A DNA stretch of 64,000 nucleotides. Source: Planctomycetota bacterium (GTDB lineage Bacteria; Planctomycetota; UBA1135; UBA2386). Position numbers and translations under genes: made by a program. Under the pieces are notes generated by a model. It did no database searches and had not been told where the DNA came from. It saw only the letters and a program-made list of their open reading frames with translations. Below, in pieces: positions 31,365-42,721 of this stretch (its first letter is position 1; each line of letters opens with the position of its first letter). The stretch is from the NCBI GenBank assembly GCA_965223545.1, contig OZ245006.1:7840001-7904000 (forward strand), given 5' to 3'.

Positions 31365-32661
31365 ATGAAGAACCTTGTCGCGGTCGTGATCGCGGTCGCG
31401 ATCTTCCAGGCAGCACCAGCGGCGCAAGCCCTGCTCGTGGGCGCCACCCGTGCGTATCGATCGATTCAAGACGCGGTCGACGCCGCTGCTCCGGGGCAGC
31501 TGATTCTGGTGGATCCCGGCATCTATCCCGCGGTCCGGATCGACGGCAAGGGCGTCTCGATCCTGTGCAGGGGATCGACGAGCGGCTGTTTCGGCGTGCT
31601 GAGTGGCGGAGCAGCGCCCGCCATCGAGATCGTCAACGTGCCCGCCGGGCAGTCCATGTCGTTGGTGGGGTTCACCACCGACTTCGAGACGGGCGCGGCT
31701 CCCGCCGTGAGGATCGCGCAGTGCGACGGGACGGTGAGCTTGCGGCAGGGAGGCGCGTACGGGCGGGCCGACCTTACCGGGATCAGCGCGCGCGCCGCGA
31801 TGGATCGTCGATGCTCGATCGGTCGTGCTGAGACACGTGTATGCCGGCGCGGTCGGCACCAGCGCGACGCGCGCGAGGCTGACCGCGGTGCCGGTGGCGG
31901 CGGGTGGAGGCCTCGATGCAGGGGTCCACGGGCTGTTGATCGAGCGCAGCAATGTGGTCGTGATCGCCGGTTCCGGAGCTGGATTCGACAACTTCACCGC
32001 CCCGTCCCTGTTGGAGGCGCGCGGTGGCGACGCGGTGCGCGTCTTGGATGGCAGCACGGTGCACCTCTGGGGGCCGCGGTTGCCCGGGCAAATGGTGGGA
32101 GGAGCCGGTGCGGCGATCGGCGGGAACGCAGTGCACTGGGCGGGGTCGGGTTTCCCGGCGGTCCAGGCCTGCGGCAGCTTGTTCCTGACTCCTGGAGCGG
32201 GGCCACTGCCGGGCGGGCGGTTCGCGGTGCGTTACGACCGAGGTTTGTTGACGGTGGGGCCACCCCCCGTGGTGCGCGCGGTGCCGCGGTGTACCCCGAC
32301 CGAAACGGGGTTCGCCGAGTTTGGCATCGATGCGCGACTGCAGCCCGGAACCAGCGAAAACATCGTGGTCTACGCCAGCCTCGGCCAGCCGTATGTCCCT
32401 TTCATCGGTGAAGTGTCGATCGGTGCACCGTTGCCCGGTGTCGCCAACGGGCGGTTGTTGGACTACATGTCGCCGAGGGTCGTGGCGCTGGCGCCCGGCG
32501 TCTCTTCGTTCCCGAGAGCCGTGCTGCCCGTGACCATTCCCCTGGCCGCTCCACTGCTCGGAACCCAGCTCGGCGTGCAAGCCCTGCTCGGCCCGGTGCC
32601 GAGTGTGCCGGCCTCGGGCTTCGCTCTCAGCATGGGCGAAGTCTACGTGGTTTCGCCGTGA
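31365..32661 (+). pseudogene. Secreted beta-helix-like protein split by a frameshift near 31800
   Basis: SIQDAVDAAAPG N-terminal half continues in another frame as WIVDARSVVLRHVY. Confidence 0.75.
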
Positions 32662-32676
32662 TGGGGTGGCGAGCCG

Positions 32677-34063
32677 ATGAGCACCACCGATGAAGATCGC
32701 GAGCCGGTCCCGGAAGACCGCCGGGCGCCCAAGCCGATCGAGCGTCGGGTCGAACGGCTGCTGACCCCGCTGCAGGAGTTCATCTCCGACCAAGTCGTCG
32801 CGAGCGGACTACTGCTCGGCTGCGCCGTCGTCGCGCTGGTGCTGGCCAACTCGGCCTGGGCCGACCATTACGACTCGATCCGCGAGGCCAAGGTCGGCAT
32901 CCACGCCGGCAGCTTCGAGCTGTCGATGTCGCTGCGGCATTGGATCAACGATGGTCTGATGGCGCTGTTCTTCTTCTTGCTGGGGCTCGAGATCAAGCGC
33001 GAGTTTCTGGCCGGCGACCTGCAGGATCCGCGGCGGGCCCGCTTGCTCGCGGTGACCGCGTTGGGCGGGATGCTGGTGCCCGCAGCGGTCTTTGCCGCGC
33101 TGTGTCCGCCGCAGGCCTCCGGCGGGTGGGGAGTGCCAATGGCGACGGACACCGCGTTCGCGATCGGAGTCCTCGCGTTGCTGAGAACGCGGGTGCCCGC
33201 AAGCCTGGCGGCGTTTCTGGTCGGCCTGGCGATCATCGACGACATCGGGGCTGTGCTCGTGATCGCCTTCTTCTACGGCCACGAGCTCTCGGCCGACGCG
33301 CTGCTCGCTGCTCGCGGCACTTGGACTGTTTGCGTTGCTCGTCTCCTGCAACGTGTTCGGCGTGCGGCGCCCCGCCGTCTACCTCGGCGTCGGGGTCGCG
33401 CTGTGGTACGCGGTGTTGTGCTCTGGCATCCACGCGACGGTCGCCGGCGTGCTGGTCGCGCTCACCGTGTCGGCCCGGACCAAGGTCTCGTCTCACCGTT
33501 TCGAAGAGCGGATCGCGCGTCTGATGCGCCGTCTGCGCCGGCAGCGGCAAGAGGATACGGACATCCTTGCGGCCCCTTCGCAGCACGAGATCGTGGAGGA
33601 GGTGCGGCGGACGGCGCGGCGGGCGAGCACTCCCCTGCAGCGGTGGGAGACCGCTCTCGAGACGCCGATCGGTTTGCTCGTGGTGCCGCTGTTCGCACTG
33701 GCGAACGCTGGCGTAGAGGTCCGCGGGCCCGCGCTCGCGGCGGTCAGCGACCCGCTCGTCCTGGCCGTCGCCGCGGCGCTCGTCGTCGGCAAGCTGCTCG
33801 GCATCACCGGCTTTTGCTGGCTCGGCTTGACCTTGCGCGTCGGTGTCCTGCCTCCGGGGATCAGCATGCGGCACGTCGCGGGGATGAGTCTGCTCGCTGG
33901 CATGGGATTTACGATGTCGATCTTCATCGCCAACCTGGCGTTCGCGACCGACGCGGCGATGCTGCAGACGGCGAAACTGGGGATCCTGATCGGTACGGCC
34001 ATCGCCGGCGCGTGCGGCTACCTGGTGTTGCGCGCCGGCGGCAGCCGCGGCACGGTCACGTGA
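32677..34063 (+). pseudogene. nhaA: Na+/H+ antiporter NhaA with a frameshift near 33313
   Basis: WINDGLMALFF, ATDTAFA and AIIDD, then in a shifted frame SGIHAT, FALANAG and GFTMSIFI. Confidence 0.92.
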
Positions 34064-34991
34064 GCGTGGCTTCGATGCGGCTCAGGCTTGCGCCGGGAGC
34101 CACGGCACGCAGGACCGCTCGGGTGGCCGACTCCTGGCTGATCGGCGCCGGCGCCTCGACCATCACCGCGCCGGTGACGGCGAGGTCGTCGCCGGGATCC
34201 AGGCTCATGCTGAGATGAGTGAGCGCGGATTGCAGCGGCGACATGCTGGGGTTGAAGGCGGCATTCTCCGCATAGCGGCCGGCGTAGACCGCGCCTGAGC
34301 TGTGCATGAGTGCGAGCCCGCAGTAGTCCTTGGAGTACGGCGCGTAGCTCGCGTTCGCCGCGGCGAGTGCGGCGAGCGCCGCGGGAGTCGCGTTATGCGT
34401 GCGCAGGCCGTGGTTCTGCGGAGCCATCAGTCCGCCGGTCACGCCCAAGTCGTGCGGCCCGAACGGATCGGGCAGATAGTCGGCCAGGGGCCGGGAGGTG
34501 TAGCCGGTCGCAGCTTCGTCGGCGACCAGCAGCACGTCCAGCTGCGCTGCGGTGGCGAGCTCGAACAAGAACTGACGGCAGTAGCCGCACGGCGCCGCAT
34601 TGACCGCCAGTGCCCGGAGACCCTGCTCGTCGTGCAGCCACGCCAGCGCGGTCGCTGCCTGCTCACCATGCACGCTCAGGCTCAGCGCCTCGCCGGAGAA
34701 CTCGAGGTTGGCGCCGAGGTACAGGCTGCCGGGGCCGGGCCCGGTTGTCGGCGGCATTCCCAGAGCAACGGCGCCGACGCGAAACCCCGAGATTGGCGGC
34801 CGCGCGTACGCGGCCGCCACCGGGAGTAGCTCGGTCATGAGCTGACCGACCTCGATGCCCTCGGTCTGCAGGATGGACGCCACGACGGCCGAGGGCAGCA
34901 CTCCCGCGGTCAGGCCGGTGGTCACCAGGTCGCGGGTGTCGAGGGAGCGGCGGCGCAGGGCGTGTTCGATGGCATCAGCAAGTGGAGGCAT
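34056..34991 (-). CDS. cdd: Cytidine deaminase (two-domain type)
   Basis: HGEQ, PCGYCRQ and ENAAFNPS motifs. Confidence 0.92.
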   Translation of the reverse strand: MPPLADAIEHALRRRSLDTRDLVTTGLTAGVLPSAVVASILQTEGIEVGQLMTELLPVAAAYARPPISGFRVGAVALGMPPTTGPGPGSLYLGANLEFSGEALSLSVHGEQAATALAWLHDEQGLRALAVNAAPCGYCRQFLFELATAAQLDVLLVADEAATGYTSRPLADYLPDPFGPHDLGVTGGLMAPQNHGLRTHNATPAALAALAAANASYAPYSKDYCGLALMHSSGAVYAGRYAENAAFNPSMSPLQSALTHLSMSLDPGDDLAVTGAVMVEAPAPISQESATRAVLRAVAPGASLSRIEATLT

Positions 34992-35017
34992 GGTTCATGC
35001 AGCCGCCGACCGACAGA

Positions 35018-36349
35018 TCACTGTTGGTTGATGACGATCACCGCGCCGGTGGACAGCACGCGGTTGCCGATCGGATCGAGGAGCTCGGCCTGAAACGAGA
35101 TCGGGCCGCTGCTCGTGGTTGGAAACGGCGATTGCAGCGCCAGCAAACCGCTGCCGCCGATGACCCCCATGAAACTGACCACCGCGGCGTTGGGATCGAT
35201 CCAGAGGTAGCTGCTGCCGAGCGGAGTGGGCGCCCCGGCGGGTGGAGGGGAGGACCGGACGATGGCGCTCCACTGTGGTGGCCCCCAGAGACGTCCGCTG
35301 ATGGTCCCTCCGGGCGCTGGGTATCGGATGGCGAGATCCGGCACGATCTGCGCGATCACCTGCGGGCCAGCGACACCGTTGTGCGGCTCGGGTGTCGCCG
35401 GATCGACGGTGACCTGACCGCTGCCGAAGACACCAGCGCCCGCGGCCACCGTGCCGCAGAACAACGTCTCCGCGGTGCCGCCGAGGGCCGAGCCGCCCGG
35501 GCCGGTGATGGTCACCGACCCCGAGCGCAGCTCGACGGCCGGTCCCGGCATCAGCGTGACGGCGCAGGTGAAGGGATCGATCGCGCCGCCGGAGCCCAAG
35601 ACGATCGAGTCGGCGAGGATCACTTCGCTCTGGTCGACCAGCAGCGCGTGCGGCTGCGGGCCGAGCGCGGCCACGACACGGCACTGGTTCATCAGCACGA
35701 GACTGCGCCGGTCCACCGTCACCACGCTCGCGTCGCACGTGTTGAGAGTGACGTGCACCGAGCTGCTGATTGCGAACGCGCCCAGCCCGAACACGCCGAC
35801 GTCGATTTCCTCGCAGTGCACCGAGCCAGCGTTGTTGTCGCACCGCACCGAGCTCGCCACGCCCAGGTCGGCGCTCATTCGCTTGAGGGCGCAGCGTTCA
35901 CCTGCCGGGAGGTTGGCGATGGTGAACGCGCCGCGAAACACCACGCTGTCGCCCCAGGTCTCGGGGACCACGTTGATCCCCTTGGTCAGCGTCGGTGCGG
36001 CGTAGTTGCCGCTGCGCACGCGCAGGGTGTGGCCGGCGCGCACGCGCGTGCTGGTCGCCGCGGACAAGAGGCTGGTGAAGTGGCTGCCCGGGCCGGCGGC
36101 TTGATCGACGATCCAAACCGAGCGGGGGCCGTCGACCGGCCGCGGTGCGGGCGCCACGCGTGCCGCGGCGGCAGAGCCGTCGGCAGGACGGCCGCTCGTC
36201 GGGAGCTCCTGCGCGGGGACAGCGAGCGCCGACAGCACGGCGAAGGTGGCCCAAGTGAGCCGCCGGCAGATGGCGGGGAGATTGGGCGCGGCCGGGGCCG
36301 GGCCGATCGTGCAGCGATGCATGCGTCCTACCTCGGGATGTCGGGTCAT
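35018..36349 (-). CDS. Secreted beta-helix-like protein with C-terminal domain
   Basis: WIVDQAAGPGSHFTSL..SGNY; paralog of the 19082 gene; ATGA coupling. Confidence 0.78.
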   Translation of the reverse strand: MTRHPEVGRMHRCTIGPAPAAPNLPAICRRLTWATFAVLSALAVPAQELPTSGRPADGSAAAARVAPAPRPVDGPRSVWIVDQAAGPGSHFTSLLSAATSTRVRAGHTLRVRSGNYAAPTLTKGINVVPETWGDSVVFRGAFTIANLPAGERCALKRMSADLGVASSVRCDNNAGSVHCEEIDVGVFGLGAFAISSSVHVTLNTCDASVVTVDRRSLVLMNQCRVVAALGPQPHALLVDQSEVILADSIVLGSGGAIDPFTCAVTLMPGPAVELRSGSVTITGPGGSALGGTAETLFCGTVAAGAGVFGSGQVTVDPATPEPHNGVAGPQVIAQIVPDLAIRYPAPGGTISGRLWGPPQWSAIVRSSPPPAGAPTPLGSSYLWIDPNAAVVSFMGVIGGSGLLALQSPFPTTSSGPISFQAELLDPIGNRVLSTGAVIVINQQ

Positions 36350-39300
36350 TGGTCGAACCGCCGGATGCCCATCGAGCCTGCGACGTAGACTTCGGCCTTG
36401 CCGTCGGCACCGACCAAGTCGGCGATGACGATCGAGTTGAGCGCGCCCACCGCGCCCTCGACGTATTCGGTGTCGAGCAGCGCCGCGCTGCTGCCATCGA
36501 ACACGAACAGCTCACCGGTGAGCGTCGTCACCACGATCTCGGGAACTCCGTCGGCGGTGAAATCGTGCAGCGCGATCCCCGACGGCGCGTAGCCCAGCGC
36601 GCCCGCCCCGGTGGGCATCGGCACGGTGAGGTGCGGCACGAAGTTGGTGCCGTCGTGAGTGAGGACGCGCAACGTCGCGGTGGCGTCGTTTCCGGCGCTG
36701 TCGACCGTGTCGTAGTAGGGCGCGAACACGACTTCGTCGAAGCCGTCGCCGGTGAAGTCGCCGAGCGCGAGTGCCATTCCGCCGAAGCCGTAGTCGGCGC
36801 TTTGCGTGCGGATCGGTTGGGGTGCGTGGCTGCCGTCGAAGCGAGTCTCGAGCAGCATGACCACGCCGTCGAGGCCGCTGACGACTGCTTGTGGCGCGGT
36901 CAAGCCGGGATCGACGCGCCCGATGCGACAGGCCTGGTGCGACCAGATGTCGGCGAGGTCGTACTCGGTGCGCAGCGCGATGCCATCCCCCGGCGACGAG
37001 GGCACCGCGGGCCGTGCACCGACCAGGTCCGGCCCGGTCGAGTTCCACAGCGCCTGCAGGCGCGGCACCGGCGTGGCCGCGAGGTCGTAACGGACCGCCT
37101 GCACCAGATTGGGATAGGAGAGTGGATACGCACCCGCCCACAGCGGCTTGGGGGCCCACCAGGCCGCGTGCGAGATGCCGCCGGACAACAGCGCGTCCCC
37201 CGGCTGCTGGAACACCCAGAACCCGCCGAACAAGAACGTGCTGTCGGCCGCGATCGGAGCCCAGAAGGATGGGATCAGCGGCAGGTACGCCTTGGTGGTG
37301 ACGCGGCGCGCCGGGCCCATGGGGTTGACGGCCCACTGCGACACGCCGACTCCGCCCTGCTCGAGCTTCATCTTCTGGGCGTTGGGTCCCGCCCAGACGA
37401 TGCGTGAGACGCTGCGCGGAAGCGCGACCTCGAGACTGATCGCCGTGCCGATCGGCACGCCGTTGGTGGGATTGATCCGCCACCACGCGCCGGTGGCGTC
37501 CACCGCGCGCAAGGTATTGGTGACGGGGTCCGCGGCCATCGCCCACGTGGCCGCCAACGTGGAGTTAGTGCGGTGGTCGTAGAACGTCGTCGCGCCCGGG
37601 TCCACCTTGCGCAGGATCGACAGCCGGAAGGGAGGCGAGGTGTCGAGCACGTCGCTCAGCTGTAGCCAAACCACGTGCCCCGCGAGCGTCGAGATCACGA
37701 TCTCGTCGCCGGGGTTGCCGTCGAGGTCGCCGGTGGCGACCGCGACCGCGCCGCGGGCCGGCGCGAACGACTCGAGGTTCTTGAGGCCGACGAGGGTCTT
37801 GGTGTCGTCCCAGATGACGAGGTGCCGTTGGAACAAGGCGACGATGTAGGTCGTCCCGCCGCTCTGCGCTACCGCGAACGAGCCCTCGTTGCCCGCGACC
37901 AGCGGACCGTACAGCGACTTCAAGCCACCGGGGTTCTCGAGCGAGCCGAACTCGTCGACCACCTGCAGCGTGTCGGCGTCGAAGATGCGTACGGCGGTGG
38001 TCTGCGTGCCGGAGCTCGGCACCGAGGACGGCCCGAGCAGCGTGCCGTAGAGGCCCGCGACGCGCGGTTGTCCGGCCCACTGCACGGGCTCGAGGCCGAT
38101 CATGCGCCCGTACTGCAGTGACGAGGCGGCGACGAGCTTGCCCTGCGGCCCCGAGGTGACCGTGGTGTCCATCTCGAGGGCGAACACGTGGCCCCGCGCG
38201 GACATCCCGTAGATCGGCCGATCGAAGTCACTGCTCGGCAGATGCGGTGTCGGTGTCGGGCCGACGACGAGGTCGCGAATGCCGCCCTCACCGTGCCAGG
38301 CGAGGACCGAGAGGTTTTGGTCCAGCACCAACAAGCGGCCGTGCAGCGTCGTGCAGACGATCTCCATGCCCGGGTTTGCCGGGTTGATCTCGGCGATCTG
38401 CAGTCGTCGCGGCCACGCGTACTCGAACGCCGGGGCGGCTTGACCAAATGGAGCATCGGCAACCGCTTCCAGTGCCAAGGTGCTGGCGTCGAGGATCGCG
38501 ATGCGCTTGTAGGAGGCCGCGACGACTTCGTCCTGGGCGTCCCCATCGACGTCCGCGACCTGCAGTGCCCACGCGCCGTAGCCGATGTCGAAGTCGGCGC
38601 CGGCGTCGTTGGACTGCGCCATCTCGCGCAGAGGCTCGAGCGTGCCGGGCGCGATCACGTCGCGGGCGAAACGGTGGATCACGCCGTCGGCGCTGCCGAC
38701 GTAGACCGAGCCACCGCGCACCACCAGCGAGTCCTTCCACCCGGTGTAGGTGCCGTGGCCGTGGCGGCGGAACGCGGGCACCTCTTGCAGCAAGCCCGCC
38801 GCGGTGGGCACGTCGGGCCGCGCTGGCCGCGCCAGCACGTGGTCGTGCGGCTCGAGCGTCGCCAGCGACGCCGCCAGCGGGACCAGTGGTGGGGGGCGCA
38901 TGCCCGCGGTGATGGTCACGTCGATCTGCTTGCGCGCCTCGGGCACCATCTCCCACAGGGCGTCGGTGACGTCGTGAGTGGTGATCGAGCCGGAGGTCTT
39001 GAAGATCGTGAACGGCTCGCCGACGGCGTTGTCGCCGTGGCACGCCTTGCCGACCACCGACCACCAGATGTGTGGTGGGTGCAGTGCCGTGCTGATCGGG
39101 GTGTAGCGGCCGAACCGCAGGTTGGTCGCCGACGGATCGACGATCTTCACCCAGTCGTTGCCGTGGGTCACTGGATCGACATCACCGGACAGCAAGTAGA
39201 CCGGGCGTAGGACGTGGCCGCCGCCGAGGTCTCGGTTGAGCACCAGCCGGTTGAGCAGCGACAGGCTCTTGTAGTCGGTGCCCTCGATGCGACAGAAGAT

Positions 39301-40308
39301 CGGAAAGTCCGTCATGTCCGCCAGCGTGTAGCCGGCGCCGCTGTTTCCGCGACCGAGTGCAGTGCTGTAGAAGTCGTAGCTGTCCTGGTCGTTGATGACG
39401 GTACGCACGCTGGGGTGGAAGGCGGAGTCGAAGCCGGCGTGGAACTCGTCGGGGTAGAGCAGCGGAAAGAGGTGCGCCGGCAATCCGCCGTAGGAGCCCC
39501 CCGCGACCAAGAAGCCGATCTTGGTGGCGTCGTAGCCGAGGTCGTCCACCAGGTGGCGGATGACGATTTCGCGCAGTTGGCGGTAGCGCTGCATGGTCGA
39601 CACCAGCGGGCGGTGCGACGCCGCGGGGACGATGTAGGCGCCGAACACGTCGTAGTCGCGGCTGCCGGCGCCCGGCCGGAAGTGCTCGACGACGCGATCG
39701 ATGCCGGGCCACGGGTACCGGAACCAGTTGCCGGTAGAGGAGTCCCGCGCGGACCAGAGACCGTAGTTACTGGCGTCGCCTGGGTAGGAAAACGGTGCCT
39801 GGTCCGGCTTGTCCAGCGGCACGTGGGTCGGCGGCACGGAGAAGACGACGACCGCGTAGCGGCCGGCGCCCGACGGCAACGGGTCCGGGCCGATCAACTC
39901 GTAGGACGCCGCGAATTCGGTGGGTGGTTGCGCCGGGGGCCGGCGGATCTCACCGACGCGGTGGCGCAGCGAGCTCGGGGCCGGCGTCGAGAACGGCGTC
40001 CAGCCGGTGCCGAGGAGGTCGACGGTGTAGCCGAACGCTTCGGGTGGCGCCGGGTCCGCACCGAGCACGCCGCCGACGTCGACGCCAGCGAGCACCGCCG
40101 CCTCGCCGTAGTTCCAGCGGCCGTCGGGGAGATTGAACCACTGTGAGCGTTCGAGCGGGTCGGCGGGCGTCACCGCCCCGGGGGCCAGCGGCGCGATCGC
40201 GGCTTCGCCGCCGACTTGCGCCACGGCGTCGCGGCGCGAACCCGCGAGCGCAAGAGTTCCGAGGACGAGAGGCCACGAGCGCTGGAGCACGGGGCGGATG
40301 GGAGGCAT
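36346..40308 (-). CDS. Large secreted protein: alpha/beta-hydrolase-like N-terminus plus FG-GAP repeats
   Basis: GGSYGG; DVDGD..DEV, DLDGN..DEI, DFTGDGFDEV and DFTADGVPEI repeats. Confidence 0.8.
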   Translation of the reverse strand: MPPIRPVLQRSWPLVLGTLALAGSRRDAVAQVGGEAAIAPLAPGAVTPADPLERSQWFNLPDGRWNYGEAAVLAGVDVGGVLGADPAPPEAFGYTVDLLGTGWTPFSTPAPSSLRHRVGEIRRPPAQPPTEFAASYELIGPDPLPSGAGRYAVVVFSVPPTHVPLDKPDQAPFSYPGDASNYGLWSARDSSTGNWFRYPWPGIDRVVEHFRPGAGSRDYDVFGAYIVPAASHRPLVSTMQRYRQLREIVIRHLVDDLGYDATKIGFLVAGGSYGGLPAHLFPLLYPDEFHAGFDSAFHPSVRTVINDQDSYDFYSTALGRGNSGAGYTLADMTDFPIFCRIEGTDYKSLSLLNRLVLNRDLGGGHVLRPVYLLSGDVDPVTHGNDWVKIVDPSATNLRFGRYTPISTALHPPHIWWSVVGKACHGDNAVGEPFTIFKTSGSITTHDVTDALWEMVPEARKQIDVTITAGMRPPPLVPLAASLATLEPHDHVLARPARPDVPTAAGLLQEVPAFRRHGHGTYTGWKDSLVVRGGSVYVGSADGVIHRFARDVIAPGTLEPLREMAQSNDAGADFDIGYGAWALQVADVDGDAQDEVVAASYKRIAILDASTLALEAVADAPFGQAAPAFEYAWPRRLQIAEINPANPGMEIVCTTLHGRLLVLDQNLSVLAWHGEGGIRDLVVGPTPTPHLPSSDFDRPIYGMSARGHVFALEMDTTVTSGPQGKLVAASSLQYGRMIGLEPVQWAGQPRVAGLYGTLLGPSSVPSSGTQTTAVRIFDADTLQVVDEFGSLENPGGLKSLYGPLVAGNEGSFAVAQSGGTTYIVALFQRHLVIWDDTKTLVGLKNLESFAPARGAVAVATGDLDGNPGDEIVISTLAGHVVWLQLSDVLDTSPPFRLSILRKVDPGATTFYDHRTNSTLAATWAMAADPVTNTLRAVDATGAWWRINPTNGVPIGTAISLEVALPRSVSRIVWAGPNAQKMKLEQGGVGVSQWAVNPMGPARRVTTKAYLPLIPSFWAPIAADSTFLFGGFWVFQQPGDALLSGGISHAAWWAPKPLWAGAYPLSYPNLVQAVRYDLAATPVPRLQALWNSTGPDLVGARPAVPSSPGDGIALRTEYDLADIWSHQACRIGRVDPGLTAPQAVVSGLDGVVMLLETRFDGSHAPQPIRTQSADYGFGGMALALGDFTGDGFDEVVFAPYYDTVDSAGNDATATLRVLTHDGTNFVPHLTVPMPTGAGALGYAPSGIALHDFTADGVPEIVVTTLTGELFVFDGSSAALLDTEYVEGAVGALNSIVIADLVGADGKAEVYVAGSMGIRRFDQ

Positions 40309-40531
40309 GGGGCTCCTGTCTTGGAAGCGAGGTGGCGGCGAAGCCGCTGCGTTGCGGACGCCCGACGCCCACCTGATGTTCCGTGGTTGGGCGCGGCAAA
40401 CCTGCGCGTCACCAAAACGGTACGCTCAGCAACCATACCAGTGTGGCGCGTTGTTCGGCGCCCGCCTCGACGGATCGACCAGCGCAATGGGACGGAACTC
40501 CGTAAGATGCAGCGCGGGGTTTTCTCGCGTC

Positions 40532-41905
40532 ATGCGTCTGTCGAGCTACAACCTCTTCGTCCGCGACGGAGACCACACTGTGGCCGTCAACTTGCTGTCG
40601 CGCGCGGCGGTCAAGCTGTCGCCGGCGTCCTACCGGAGGCTGCTGCGGTGGAGCGGTGACGGCCTGCCCACCGACCTCGGCGACGACGAGCGGACGTTCG
40701 CCGAGTTCATGGTGCAAAGTCGCTTCTTGATCGACGATGACTTCCACGAGATCGGGTTCATCCGGGAACGCACGCGGCGGGAGCGGTTCCACTCTCGCGC
40801 GCTCGGCCTCGTCATCGCGCCGACGATGGGCTGCAACTTCTCCTGCCACTACTGCTTCGAGGACAAGGCCGAGGTCTTTCTCGACGCCGCGTCGCAGGCG
40901 CGCATCCTCGAGCTGGTGGCCGAGCGGACTGGCTCGTTCGACGCTCTCGAAGTGCAGTGGTTCGGCGGCGAGCCGCTGCGCGGCCTGGACGTGGTCGAGT
41001 CGCTGTCATCGGGCTTTTGCGCGCTGGCGGCCGAGCACGGGTTCTCGTACTCCGCCCTGCTGATCAGCAACGGCTACTTGTTGACCGCCGACGTCGCCGG
41101 GCGGCTGTGCGCCCTCGGCGTGCGCAGCTTGCAGGTCACTCTCGACGGCGACCGCGCGCTGCACGACCGCACGCGGCGCGAGCCGGGCGGCCACGGATCC
41201 TTCGACCGAATCCTCGCCAACCTGCGCGCGGTCCCCGACGAGGTCGAAGTCGGAGTGCGCGTGCACTTGGCGCCGTTCAACCACACGGACGTCCTGCGCC
41301 TGCTGGACACGCTCGACGCCGCGGGCATGCAGCAGCACATCGACCGCTTGTACTGTGCGCCCTTGTTCAACTACCGCGCTGGCATGACGTCGCCGGCTTA
41401 TCAACCCGACGGCAAGCGGTTCGCGTCCTCCGCCGAGTTCGCGGCGTTGCAAGTGTCGGTCCTGGAGAAGGCGCACGCGCTGGGGTTCCGGCTCGACGAT
41501 TTCTTGGATGTCAGCTACGGAATCTGCACCGCGGTGCGCGGGGATACCCTGCTCGTCGACGCCCAGGGCCACTTGCTGAAGTGCTACAAGGATTGCGGCG
41601 TCGCCGAGGAGGCCTTTGGTGATCTCGCCGGCGGCGTCGATCGACCGGAGAACTTGCGCAAGTGGGTCGACGTCGACATCCCGCGCGACGAGGAGTGCCG
41701 CGCCTGTACGTTCCTGCCGGTGTGCTTCGGTGGCTGCGCCAAGCAATGGCAGGAGGGCGCCGACAAGTCAGTGATCTGCACGCCGTTGAAGTACAACTAC
41801 GAAGAGCGACTGCGGCTGCTCTTCCGCGACACCGATCTTTGCCCGCCACGCGCGCCGGCGGCCGCGGGGTCGGCCAAACCGGTCCTGCAGCTCGGCACGC
41901 GGTGA
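40532..41905 (+). CDS. Radical SAM/SPASM domain protein
   Basis: CNFSCHYC, WFGGEP, CRACTFLPVCFGGC..C. Confidence 0.93.
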   Translation: MRLSSYNLFVRDGDHTVAVNLLSRAAVKLSPASYRRLLRWSGDGLPTDLGDDERTFAEFMVQSRFLIDDDFHEIGFIRERTRRERFHSRALGLVIAPTMGCNFSCHYCFEDKAEVFLDAASQARILELVAERTGSFDALEVQWFGGEPLRGLDVVESLSSGFCALAAEHGFSYSALLISNGYLLTADVAGRLCALGVRSLQVTLDGDRALHDRTRREPGGHGSFDRILANLRAVPDEVEVGVRVHLAPFNHTDVLRLLDTLDAAGMQQHIDRLYCAPLFNYRAGMTSPAYQPDGKRFASSAEFAALQVSVLEKAHALGFRLDDFLDVSYGICTAVRGDTLLVDAQGHLLKCYKDCGVAEEAFGDLAGGVDRPENLRKWVDVDIPRDEECRACTFLPVCFGGCAKQWQEGADKSVICTPLKYNYEERLRLLFRDTDLCPPRAPAAAGSAKPVLQLGTR

Positions 41906-41911
41906 GGAAGC

Positions 41912-42601
41912 ATGGTGCTGCGCGTCTTGCTCTGGCGCATCGCGGCGGACTGGCACGACCTGCGGCGGGCGCTCTGTCCCGGTGACGCCACGGTCTGGTA
42001 CTTCGCGTTCGGCGCCAACCAGTCCGACGACGTCCTGCGGCAGCGGCGGGTGTTTCCGCTGGAGGCAAAGGACCACGTCCTGCCCGACCACCGGCTGAGC
42101 TTCGCGCAGCCGTCGCCGCACGAGGGCGTGGGCTTCGCGACGGTGGAGCCGGCACCAGGGCACCGGGTGTACGGCAGGTTGTACCGAATCCTGCGCGCCG
42201 ACCTGCGCCGTCTCGACTTCGTCGAGGCCGCCAGGGTGCTGCGGTTGCAGGCCCGCGTCGCGATGGTCGACGGCGAGCGCACGTTGCACTACTACCGGGC
42301 GGCCGCGCCGCGCGAAGGGCTCGCGCCGACGCCGCGCTATCGAACCCTGTTGGTCGAGGCGCTCTCCGCGCGGGACGACGTGCCCGCGGGCTACCTCGAG
42401 GAGCTCGCCCGGGGGCCGACGTGCGAGCTCGGGGCGCTCTCCCCGCTGCCCGGCTTCGCGCTGCTGCCGACCGCCCTCGAGAGCGCGCCCGGCATCGGCC
42501 GAGTGGTGCGCGGCTGCAACCGGCGGGCGATGACAGCGGCGCTCTGGCTGGCGCGTGATTGGCACCCGTGGCGCCGATGGGTCCGCCCGCCGCGGGGCTG
42601 A
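41912..42601 (+). CDS. Gamma-glutamylcyclotransferase family protein
   Basis: YFAFGAN, VYGRLY and LDFVE motifs. Confidence 0.8.
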   Translation: MVLRVLLWRIAADWHDLRRALCPGDATVWYFAFGANQSDDVLRQRRVFPLEAKDHVLPDHRLSFAQPSPHEGVGFATVEPAPGHRVYGRLYRILRADLRRLDFVEAARVLRLQARVAMVDGERTLHYYRAAAPREGLAPTPRYRTLLVEALSARDDVPAGYLEELARGPTCELGALSPLPGFALLPTALESAPGIGRVVRGCNRRAMTAALWLARDWHPWRRWVRPPRG

Positions 42602-42721
42602 AGCAACGGGAAGCGCTTCCGTGCGGGCGACTTTTCTCGCCGGAAACGCCCTTGGATACCGCGCGCCGCTGGCGTTTCGGGCAGTGCGGGCACTCGGGCC
42701 CGCTCCACCCACGGCAACCGC

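Noticed and set aside
40309..40531. RiPP precursor next to the rSAM gene
   Set aside because: No convincing short ORF with an RBS or a core motif
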